A stretch of 64,000 bases of DNA from a virus, in IMG/VR virus record IMGVR_UViG_3300034407_001956, positions 30,370 to 94,369 of that record, one strand, 5' to 3'. Shown piece by piece: positions 39,593-47,703 of this stretch (positions are counted from its first letter, which is position 1; every line of letters starts with the position of its first letter). The notes under the pieces were generated by a model. That model was given only the letters and a program-made list of their open reading frames with translations, searched no databases and was not told the origin of the DNA. The translations under genes were made by a program, and so were the position numbers.

Positions 39593-39886
39593 ATGAAAAA
39601 TCCTTTAGCAACATTTTATAGTTGGCAAGTAAGTAGTGGAGCATTAGATGGTTGGACATCATATCATCTGGCCGCTGGTTTGTTTATTGCTAAAATAGCT
39701 CAATGGTTAGGTAGTTCTGATTTTTGGGCAGTAATGTGGGTAGTTATTATCGGTGTAGCTTGGGAAATATTTGAATATTTCGTAGAGGGTACTGAAGAAA
39801 CTTACGGAACTAAACAGAAGTGGGCTTGGAATACAGGTACAGATTTATTTGTTGAGATAGCCGCTGCTTGGTGGATGGTATTATAG
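39593..39886 (+). CDS. membrane protein (H...WE..E...D pattern, DUF2238/VanZ-like)
   Basis: WTSYH, VAWEIFEY, NTGTDL. Confidence 0.55.
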   Translation: MKNPLATFYSWQVSSGALDGWTSYHLAAGLFIAKIAQWLGSSDFWAVMWVVIIGVAWEIFEYFVEGTEETYGTKQKWAWNTGTDLFVEIAAAWWMVL

Positions 39887-39895
39887 GAGAATACA

Positions 39896-41182
39896 ATGTT
39901 AAAGAAAATTATAATAGGTTTGTTATTAACCTCATCTTTGTTTGGAGAAACCGAACTTTGGAAATTTTTTAAATATTCAACTGCTTATGCTAGCTTTAGT
40001 TTGAATGCTCCAAGATACCAGGATGATAAGTTTGCTATTGTAGGTGGATTATCTACTGGTGATTTAGAGGTAGAAAGAACTGAAGGTGAGTTAAAACCTG
40101 ATTTTCAAAAATCATTTGGTTTGAGAAAAGTTGCTAGGTTTAAGTATGAACCAAAGCGTGGAGTAAAGTCAGCTGGTAAGGGTGGAACTTGGTATGATGG
40201 TTCAGAACATAATCCTAGTGAAAGCGCCACATTTGGTCCTGTGTCAGCTTGGGAATATCTAATCAAATGGTCAGAGGGTAGACAATGGGGTAATGAATAT
40301 CTTAATCAAGAGTATTGGGTACGATATACTGGCGATTGGTTGATGGCTAAAGTTGGTTGGACAGAATTAGGATTGGAAGATATTAATTATGGTCAAGGTG
40401 ATTTAAGATTAAAGTGGTCACCGGAAATATCAAATAGTCAAATTCATATAAGCGTTGGATTGAAACACAGACAACATCCTGTGTATGGATTTGATGCTAT
40501 GATATTAGACACTACTTGGTACAGAGGACAATGGTGGGCATTTGCAGAAGATGCTTTTAATGTCGATGATAATGAATGGCGCGATCCCGCACACTTTGAT
40601 GAAGATGGAAATTGGATAGAAACTGAACTATTAGAATATAGAGATGGTGAATGGGTTCCTGTTGAAGGACCAGGTCCGTTTTGGAATGGTGATGCTGGAG
40701 CTAGAGGATATGATTGGTTGTGGAGAGATGAGAATGGTAAAATCTTTGCATACACAGATAGAGAGTATTTTCTATATCATTTTCCAGGTATGTTAGAAGA
40801 ATACATCGATGCTAAGAAACGTAATATTGGATTTCAAAGAGAAACATCTTTGGTGTTTGGATTAGATTGGTATTACTATGCTGAAAATTGGTGGGTACAC
40901 GGTTGGGGTAATTACTTACCTTTCCATTATGGTCACGATAAATATTCTTATCATAATGCTAATGCTTACAAAGATCATTTAGACGCTAATAAAGATCCAG
41001 AAGATTTTATGTATATGGCGCCAATGTGGATGGGTTGGAATGATTATGATTTTGGTGGAATATTCGGAGTAAAGATTAAAGATAATCTTGGCGTATTTGC
41101 TGAAGGTAAATATTTATTCTATTGGGAAAGGCCAGCTTATGATATTAAGTTAGGTGTTAATTATCAATTTGTAGGATGGTAA
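39896..41182 (+). CDS. putative outer-membrane beta-barrel protein
   Basis: Signal peptide, aromatic-rich alternating strands, C-terminal YDIKLGVNYQF. Confidence 0.65.
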   Translation: MLKKIIIGLLLTSSLFGETELWKFFKYSTAYASFSLNAPRYQDDKFAIVGGLSTGDLEVERTEGELKPDFQKSFGLRKVARFKYEPKRGVKSAGKGGTWYDGSEHNPSESATFGPVSAWEYLIKWSEGRQWGNEYLNQEYWVRYTGDWLMAKVGWTELGLEDINYGQGDLRLKWSPEISNSQIHISVGLKHRQHPVYGFDAMILDTTWYRGQWWAFAEDAFNVDDNEWRDPAHFDEDGNWIETELLEYRDGEWVPVEGPGPFWNGDAGARGYDWLWRDENGKIFAYTDREYFLYHFPGMLEEYIDAKKRNIGFQRETSLVFGLDWYYYAENWWVHGWGNYLPFHYGHDKYSYHNANAYKDHLDANKDPEDFMYMAPMWMGWNDYDFGGIFGVKIKDNLGVFAEGKYLFYWERPAYDIKLGVNYQFVGW

Positions 41183-41183
41183 G

Positions 41184-41744
41184 ATGGAGATGGTAATGAA
41201 AAAATTATTTTTAATATTAGTTTTATTGCTCACATTTAGTTGTGAAGATTCTCGAATAGAAGAAGAGCCACAAGAAAATATTCAAATGTGGGTTAATGGT
41301 GACATAATACCTGTGTATGATTACTATGAAAGCATAACTACATATGGAATAAAAACTATTACAGATGGTGGTAATATTAAAAAAGTATTCGTAATCCATT
41401 TCCAAAAAGGTTTAGGCCGTATAAGTCCTGAGAAAGAACATTATGCATTAATCTTTTATGATATTGATGCGGATGATGATAATGACTTAATAGATTTAGG
41501 TGTTTATATAAATCCAGATTCAACTTCTTCAAAGGGTATTACATTAGAAATTACAGGTTTATCTGATTATACTACAAATGCACAAGGTGTTATAAATGTA
41601 AATAATAAAAATATAATTAGTGGTGTAGCTGAAGGCACTTTTTGGAATCCATATAGAGAAGAATTTCAAAATGGATTAATTGTATTTGATAATTTAGAAA
41701 TTGGAACAGATCCAGAAAATACATTTTACTCGGAGTATTATTAA
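41184..41744 (+). CDS. putative lipoprotein
   Basis: MKKLFLILVLLLTFSC lipobox. Confidence 0.7.
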   Translation: MEMVMKKLFLILVLLLTFSCEDSRIEEEPQENIQMWVNGDIIPVYDYYESITTYGIKTITDGGNIKKVFVIHFQKGLGRISPEKEHYALIFYDIDADDDNDLIDLGVYINPDSTSSKGITLEITGLSDYTTNAQGVINVNNKNIISGVAEGTFWNPYREEFQNGLIVFDNLEIGTDPENTFYSEYY

Positions 41745-42343
41745 TGAATGGTGATATTAAAATAGGAAAGTTACTTTGTGAAGAAGATATAATCACAAAG
41801 AGACAATTGAACCAAGCCTTACAATTACAGGTAAAGGGAGACAAACGTACTCTCGGTGAGATACTTGTGGACAAAGGTTTCTGTAGCTTAGATGACATAA
41901 CTGATATTTTAATGAAAACATCAGATGACCATAACCATATAGAAAAACAAGAAGAAATTTCGGAAAAGATAGAACCAACGAAAAAAGAACCAATCGAAAT
42001 AAGTGAAGATAAAGTATTGGATACTAAATTCACACTATCAGTACAAACAATGATAGGTGCTGGAACAGGTTTAGCGTCATTAATTGGAATGTGGTATACA
42101 CTACAAGGTGAAATTGAAGAAGCTAAACAATTACCATCTTTAGAAAGTTTGTATAAGCAAGAGTATCCATCAAGACCAGAAGGGTATAACTGGCCTCGTT
42201 CTTTTGAACAATACAAAGATAATGTTGGTACTCTTCAAGATGATATGGATGAAGCCTTTGGAATAGTTGAAGAATTGGAGGAGACAATAAAAGAATTACA
42301 GAAAGACATTAAAGACCTTGAAAGAAGAAAGAGGGATAAATAG
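41744..42343 (+). CDS. MshEN (c-di-GMP-binding) domain, TM and coiled-coil protein
   Basis: KIGKLLCEEDIITKRQLNQALQLQ...TLGEILVDKG matches tandem RLGxxLxxxG..LxxxLxxQ motifs. Confidence 0.75.
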   Translation: MNGDIKIGKLLCEEDIITKRQLNQALQLQVKGDKRTLGEILVDKGFCSLDDITDILMKTSDDHNHIEKQEEISEKIEPTKKEPIEISEDKVLDTKFTLSVQTMIGAGTGLASLIGMWYTLQGEIEEAKQLPSLESLYKQEYPSRPEGYNWPRSFEQYKDNVGTLQDDMDEAFGIVEELEETIKELQKDIKDLERRKRDK

Positions 42344-42353
42344 GAGTTTGTTT

Positions 42354-42728
42354 ATGAGATATTTAATTAGTTTGATATTTTTTTTGTCTGCATTAACCGC
42401 TCAAGTTACAGACAAAAATTTTAAAGAGAAGATAGGGAAAGGATTTTCGGTAGTAGTATTCACTTCCAACTATCAAGAAAAAGAATTGGATGAATCGGTT
42501 CTAAAAGGAGTTGGTGGATTTGATGATGCCAAAATAATTACAGTCAATTCTTCAGATGTTAAAAAGGTTATTAAAAAATTAAGAATTAGAAATTATCCAT
42601 CTATTGCTTTATTCCACAATGGAAGTAAAGAAGAAGTTTGGAAAGCCGATATGGATGGTGATTGTGGGTGTTCATCATCTGATATTAAAAAGGCTATAGA
42701 AGATGTCAATTCAGAAGATGTATTTTAG
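42354..42728 (+). CDS. exported thioredoxin-fold protein lacking CxxC
   Basis: Signal peptide, VTDKNFKE, IRNYPSI (cis-Pro loop). Confidence 0.65.
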   Translation: MRYLISLIFFLSALTAQVTDKNFKEKIGKGFSVVVFTSNYQEKELDESVLKGVGGFDDAKIITVNSSDVKKVIKKLRIRNYPSIALFHNGSKEEVWKADMDGDCGCSSSDIKKAIEDVNSEDVF

Positions 42729-42734
42729 GAATGC

Positions 42735-43385
42735 ATGAATATAGCAACTTTAGCTGGTCACTTAGCATTTGGTCTGATTGCCTTTTCTTTTCTTGTCAAG
42801 GACATTTTATGGTTACGGATAATATCTACACTAGCTAGTGTATTCTCTGTATTTTATAATTATGTAATACCAATAGAACCAATGTGGATTCCAATTTTTT
42901 GGAATATTGTATTTGCATTAGTCAATATATATCATATAGCAATTATAATTTATGAAAAGCGTCCTGTTGATATGTCGCCTAAACATAAAGAGCTATACGA
43001 AACAATGTTCAGAACTATGACACCAGTAGAGTTTTTAAAAATAACTAAGATAGCTGATTGGACACATTTTAAAAAAGATGAAGTAATAACACAAAAAGGA
43101 CATTCAGTACCTACTTTGAATTTAATATATAATGGAACAGTTGATGTTATGGTAGATAGTAAATCTGTAGCAGAATTAAAAGATGGACAATTTATAGGAG
43201 AGATGTCTTTTTTAACAGAGAAACCAGCAACTGCTACTTGTAAAGTAAAACACGATACAGAGTGTTTAGTTTGGGAACAGAAAACATTTAAGGAACTATT
43301 AAAAAGAAATCCATCATTATACTTTACGATTCAGTCTATTCTAAGTGCACAAGTATCTAGTGCTCTAGTTCACAGTAATAAATAA
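42735..43385 (+). CDS. membrane protein with cyclic-nucleotide-binding (Popeye-like) domain
   Basis: Three TMs (DILWLR) followed by GQFIGEMSFL...ATAT. Confidence 0.85.
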   Translation: MNIATLAGHLAFGLIAFSFLVKDILWLRIISTLASVFSVFYNYVIPIEPMWIPIFWNIVFALVNIYHIAIIIYEKRPVDMSPKHKELYETMFRTMTPVEFLKITKIADWTHFKKDEVITQKGHSVPTLNLIYNGTVDVMVDSKSVAELKDGQFIGEMSFLTEKPATATCKVKHDTECLVWEQKTFKELLKRNPSLYFTIQSILSAQVSSALVHSNK

Positions 43386-43459
43386 ATTTAATTTTTTACA
43401 CACTTTTAAACAATATATATTATATTTATTATGGACAACTAACCAACTAGGAAAATATT

Positions 43460-43801
43460 GTGGAATCTAAAGCAATAGAAAACCTTATCGGTGAGTATGG
43501 TTGGTTACTTCTATCGGGGATTTTAATCCTTTTATTTCAAAATACTATACAAGAAGCCGTAGACGGAATTATGATATTTTTGGGAAATGACTATAATGAA
43601 GATGATGTAGTTATGGTGGATGGTGCGCCCGGCCGTATCGTAAGAGTCGGTATGTGGAAAACTGTATTCTTTATATACCACGTAGTAAATGGTAAAATAG
43701 TAGGTGGCTCTAAGTTAGTAGTACAAAATTCTAAATTAAAAGATTTAAAAATAGAAAAACCATTACCTAATTTAGATCTGTCTAAATTTGATACAAAGTA
43801 A
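43460..43801 (+). CDS. MscS-like beta-domain small membrane protein
   Basis: TM followed by YNEDDVVMVDGAPGRIVRVGMWKT. Confidence 0.6.
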   Translation: MESKAIENLIGEYGWLLLSGILILLFQNTIQEAVDGIMIFLGNDYNEDDVVMVDGAPGRIVRVGMWKTVFFIYHVVNGKIVGGSKLVVQNSKLKDLKIEKPLPNLDLSKFDTK

Positions 43802-43852
43802 CATTTTGATACTAACATAATGATACACATTTGATATATTCTGTATAATAGA

Positions 43853-43879
43853 AAATCCTCACTTTTTGTGGGGTTTTTT
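43853..43879 (+). terminator. intrinsic terminator
   Basis: AAAATCCTCAC-TTTTT-GTGGGGTTTTTT. Confidence 0.6.
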
Positions 43880-43950
43880 GTGCGCTCCCTATCTTAAACA
43901 ATATTAACATTTAAAAATAATTTAATTTATTTTTTAAAAAATGGCTACTT

Positions 43951-43966
43951 TGGTACGCTTTTTGTA
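43951..43966 (+). promoter_or_regulatory. sigma54 (-24/-12) promoter upstream of pilin genes
   Basis: TGGTACG-CTTT-TTGTA versus consensus TGGCACG-N4-TTGCW; TGATAC repeats at 43789, 43807 and 43821 are possible activator sites. Confidence 0.55.
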
Positions 43967-44029
43967 GTATATAGGTGTAGATACAATCATTCGGAGAGTA
44001 TTAAACAAATAAGAAGAAGGAGAACTGAG

Positions 44030-44689
44030 ATGTTCGAGACAATCAAAAGATTTTTCAAAAAACTAAATAAGAAAATAAAGAGCAACACAGGTAATTCATT
44101 AGCTGAATTCGCTGTTACTACTGCTATGATGGCTACTTTAGCTACAACAGCCGCACCTAAGTTCGGTAATGTCGGAGCTGCTGCTAAAGAGAAGAAGTCT
44201 ATAGCTAACATTGATAAGATTTTAACAGTAGCTAACAACTACTACAACCAACAAGTATCTGAAGAAGGTAAGGGAAGATTTCCTGGACAATCAAAGTATG
44301 ACCAACCAGTAGGTGGGATTGACTTATCAGATGGAGCATATACTGATGAAACTCTTGAAGCATATATTGAAACTATACTTGAACAAAAGGATTCTTATGA
44401 ATCTGAATTGGGTGAGTTTGTTTATGTATTTTCAACATCAACTGATGATGACGATGCTTTACAAGGAGATTGGATGAACTTAGAAACATCAGTTGATTTT
44501 AATTCACAAGGAGCACTTGACTTTAAGAAAGACTTTGGTAATAAGGGTATTGAATCACCATTTCAGGATGGTTCATATGCTTACTTAGTAATACCAGGAA
44601 GTGGTAGTGGAACAGACGCTCAGGCACCTGCTCTTGTTGTAATCGACACAGAGAATCCAGGAAACTTATTTAAAACTTTAGTACCTTAA
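44030..44689 (+). CDS. type IV pilin-like protein
   Basis: Basic leader, G|NSLAEFAVTTAMMATLATTAAP (Gly-1, Glu+5, Pro+22). Confidence 0.75.
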   Translation: MFETIKRFFKKLNKKIKSNTGNSLAEFAVTTAMMATLATTAAPKFGNVGAAAKEKKSIANIDKILTVANNYYNQQVSEEGKGRFPGQSKYDQPVGGIDLSDGAYTDETLEAYIETILEQKDSYESELGEFVYVFSTSTDDDDALQGDWMNLETSVDFNSQGALDFKKDFGNKGIESPFQDGSYAYLVIPGSGSGTDAQAPALVVIDTENPGNLFKTLVP

Positions 44690-44722
44690 TTTAATAACAA
44701 AAAAAACCGGAAGGAAAAGAAA

Positions 44723-45166
44723 ATGAAGAACATACTCAAAAAAACAAATAAAGGTTTCACTCTGATTGAACTTGTAATGGTTACAATCATATTGGGAATC
44801 CTAGCGGCTGTAGCAATACCTCGCTATCAACAGACTGTAGATAATGCGGAAGCAACTGCAGAAAAGGCATTTGTCGATATGGTATGGGCTGGATGTGAAC
44901 AAGAAGCTTCTGAAAGACTAACTGAGTTTGGACTTGAGGCGTGGCCTTATAATCCACTAACAGTTATTGGTAGAAGTCGTAACATATCAGTTACATTGTT
45001 TGAAGGTGTACCCGATGAAGATAATGAATGGCAGTTTAGTGTGGATGCGGCTGGAACACCAGCAATATTCCATCACAGACGAAACGATGAAATCTATTAC
45101 TATAAGTACGATTCATTGTCATTTGAGTTAGACGAACTACCTACGCTTTATACAAACGAAGGATAA
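44723..45166 (+). CDS. type IV pilin
   Basis: KG|FTLIELVMVTIILGILAAVAIP prepilin motif. Confidence 0.92.
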   Translation: MKNILKKTNKGFTLIELVMVTIILGILAAVAIPRYQQTVDNAEATAEKAFVDMVWAGCEQEASERLTEFGLEAWPYNPLTVIGRSRNISVTLFEGVPDEDNEWQFSVDAAGTPAIFHHRRNDEIYYYKYDSLSFELDELPTLYTNEG

Positions 45167-45219
45167 TTAATGGGGGATTTGAATAATATTTCCCCTATTT
45201 ATTATAATAAAAGGGTATT

Positions 45220-45663
45220 ATGAAATTTAAACTCACAGACGATATTTTAGAACTTGTATTATTTGGATTAATAATGGTTACTTTGGGGTTCGTTTTTTTT
45301 AGAAGTGACGAACCCTCTAAAGTACAAAAAGAACCTACTATTGATGACTTTTATGAGTTTCCACTGCAAGCGTGGCAAACCACAGATTTGCAAGGCGGTG
45401 ATTGTATAAAGATTAGGTATATGGTTACTAAACCAAATACTCGTTTGATTATGAAAAGCGCTGATGGAGTAAGAGTACATATGCAACCAATATCTTTGAG
45501 CCCGAGAAAAGGTGAAGATAGAATAGAAACTTATGTGTGGAAACTATATCGTACAGAATGGACAGACAAAATATCTCCTGGCGAATATCTTATTATAGTA
45601 GGAACAGACCACGATAGGAGACCATCCAAAACAAACTTATCAGTAAAGGTAAATGTATTATGA
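45220..45663 (+). CDS. membrane-anchored Ig-like (FlgD-Ig-like) protein
   Basis: N-terminal TM; YVWK...ISPGEYLIIV. Confidence 0.5.
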   Translation: MKFKLTDDILELVLFGLIMVTLGFVFFRSDEPSKVQKEPTIDDFYEFPLQAWQTTDLQGGDCIKIRYMVTKPNTRLIMKSADGVRVHMQPISLSPRKGEDRIETYVWKLYRTEWTDKISPGEYLIIVGTDHDRRPSKTNLSVKVNVL

Positions 45664-46274
45664 AAAAAGTCTTGACTTTTGTATTAATGATGATAGTGAT
45701 AAGGGCGCAGGATGTCACTCGAGTATCTGAAATAAAATCATCTACATTCCTCGGTAAAGAATGTGATGATACTGAATACAGAAATTCCAATGGTTCACCC
45801 AATTGGAAAAATTATGGTGCTTGGTTAAGTGAATGTGACTCAATGCAGACAGTGCATTATGATGCTGTGTTTGCTTTAAGAGATAAAGAAAGACGAAAAG
45901 AAAAAGCAATACAAGATAGCCTTGAACAAATAGAAATAGCAAGTATGGATATAGACGCTGAATTAGATATGGATGCTATGTGGGATAATACGATATGGCA
46001 AGAGATAGAAGAAGTCGGTGAAACTATATATGGTGAAGTAGAACAAGTAACTTCAGTTGCTGGTGTTCGTGGTGCAGAAGCAGAAGATGAAGCATTGAAT
46101 CATCTATATTATAGAAGAAGTATGCGTGGTATTGCTATGATAGACTTACAGAAAGCATATGGTAAGTTAATGAATACAAAGGATAGGTTAGAGAAATCAA
46201 ATCCCAAACATCCAAAACTAAAGAAAATCAACGATTTACTTTCACAATTAAGAATTAAAATAAAAAACACTTAA
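45660..46274 (+). CDS. exported hypothetical protein
   Basis: Signal peptide; VAGVRGAEA motif. Confidence 0.55.
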   Translation: MKKVLTFVLMMIVIRAQDVTRVSEIKSSTFLGKECDDTEYRNSNGSPNWKNYGAWLSECDSMQTVHYDAVFALRDKERRKEKAIQDSLEQIEIASMDIDAELDMDAMWDNTIWQEIEEVGETIYGEVEQVTSVAGVRGAEAEDEALNHLYYRRSMRGIAMIDLQKAYGKLMNTKDRLEKSNPKHPKLKKINDLLSQLRIKIKNT

Positions 46275-46376
46275 ACTAATCAAATTCTAACAATATTTTC
46301 CTTAATATTTTTTATTTTCCAACTATATATTGTACGAGTTAGTACAATAAAGTTCTAGCGTTACAAGGAGATAAAA

Positions 46377-46700
46377 GTGAGATTACTGTGTTTAGTGTTA
46401 ATGGGCGTGTTGGCCGCCCAAGACTTACCAAATGGTGAGAGCCGTCAGCCCCAACCAATAATAGATTTTCAACTTAGTCAATACGATTTACCATATACTT
46501 CGAATAGTTCTGGTAATATAGTGGTAGAATTCGTAATAGATGAAAAGGGAAAAGTTATAGAACCTGAAATAACAGATACATTTAATGTTTCATTTAATGA
46601 TATTGTTTTAGATAAAGTAAGGCGAATGAAGTTTACACCACCAATGCAAAATGGAATACCAATTAAAGTTAAATATAAATTACCAATTAAATTTAAATAA
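46377..46700 (+). CDS. TonB C-terminal domain protein
   Basis: GNIVVEFVIDEKGKV...KFTPPMQNGIPIKVKYKLPIKF; start approximate. Confidence 0.85.
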   Translation: MRLLCLVLMGVLAAQDLPNGESRQPQPIIDFQLSQYDLPYTSNSSGNIVVEFVIDEKGKVIEPEITDTFNVSFNDIVLDKVRRMKFTPPMQNGIPIKVKYKLPIKFK

Positions 46701-46779
46701 ATTAAAAAAAAATTGTATTTGAGAATATATACATATATATATTAATGTATCAAATACGATACAAATGTTTTTTGACAAT

Positions 46780-47196
46780 TTGAAAATTTGAAAAGTGCAG
46801 AGAGTAATTAACTCTGTATGGGATTGGTCGAATAATGAGTAGATGATGAAGCTCATAAGACAATCTAATGTGAGTTGTGGTGACTTGGAACTCTGCTAAA
46901 TGTAGTAGAGGTGTAACGGTCCTCATAGACATATGACACATAATGTACTTTCAGAAACTAAACGTTGATTCGTTGACCTTTTTATGGGTAAGGGTAAAAC
47001 CGAAATCCCATCTTGTGGCTGAATAATTTAGTCTCAGAGAGATAAGGCAATATCACAGACATTGTAGTCGCTCTAACGTAGAATTAACCATCTATTAGGA
47101 GAACCAGTATAACTTCTGGGTGATAGGTAAAGGGTAATAAAAATCTGAGCTGAAAGTTGTAGGTATTCAATAATCCTACATCCCCCTAATTTTCAA
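46780..47196 (+). ncRNA. large structured ncRNA (GOLLD/ROOL-size class; family unassigned)
   Basis: Closing helix TTGAAAATT/AATTTTCAA; nested ACTTTCAG(46947)/CTGAAAGT(47150) and CTCAGA(47033)/TCTGAG(47144); more than 6 local hairpins; no + strand ORF. Confidence 0.7.
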
Positions 47197-47204
47197 TATT
47201 ATAT

Positions 47205-47272
47205 AAAAAGGGTTCGACCGATTTTTAGTTTCCACTTTCTTAAAACTTTAAAAACTACAGAACCCTTTTTTA
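47205..47272 (+). terminator. terminator-like inverted repeat
   Basis: AAAAAGGGTTC...GAACCCTTTTTT. Confidence 0.55.
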
Positions 47273-47286
47273 TTTAAAGAAATCCC

Positions 47287-47680
47287 TTGACTCGTATTGC
47301 AATTCTTTTGTATATTTAAGTATAACAAAAGGAGTTAATATGATGTATTCGGAGTGCTGTGGGGCGATAGTCTATGATGACTATGACTTATGTAGTGAAT
47401 GTCTTGAACATTGTGATGTTTGGGAAGATGATGATGACGAGGATGAGCAGATGGAGAAGTTACTTGAAATGAATCCAGAATTCGATCCAAAAAATAAATA
47501 AAGAAAAGTCTTGACTCGTATTGCAATTATTTTGTATCTTCTTGTATGATGAAAGAGACTTTAAGAACCATTTTGTTACTATTCGTTTTAATAACAGACA
47601 ATGCTGGTGCTACTAATCTTAAAAAAAATAAAAAAAACTTAAAAAAAGGCTTGACTCATATTGCATTTTGTTTGTATGAT
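47287..47680 (+). promoter_or_regulatory. three tandem phage early-type promoters
   Basis: TTGACTC(G/A)TATTGCA at 47287, 47511 and 47651, each with an 18-nt spacer to TATATT, TATCTT or TATGAT. Confidence 0.8.
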
Positions 47681-47703
47681 CAGGTATGAGAAAAAGGGAA
47701 AAT

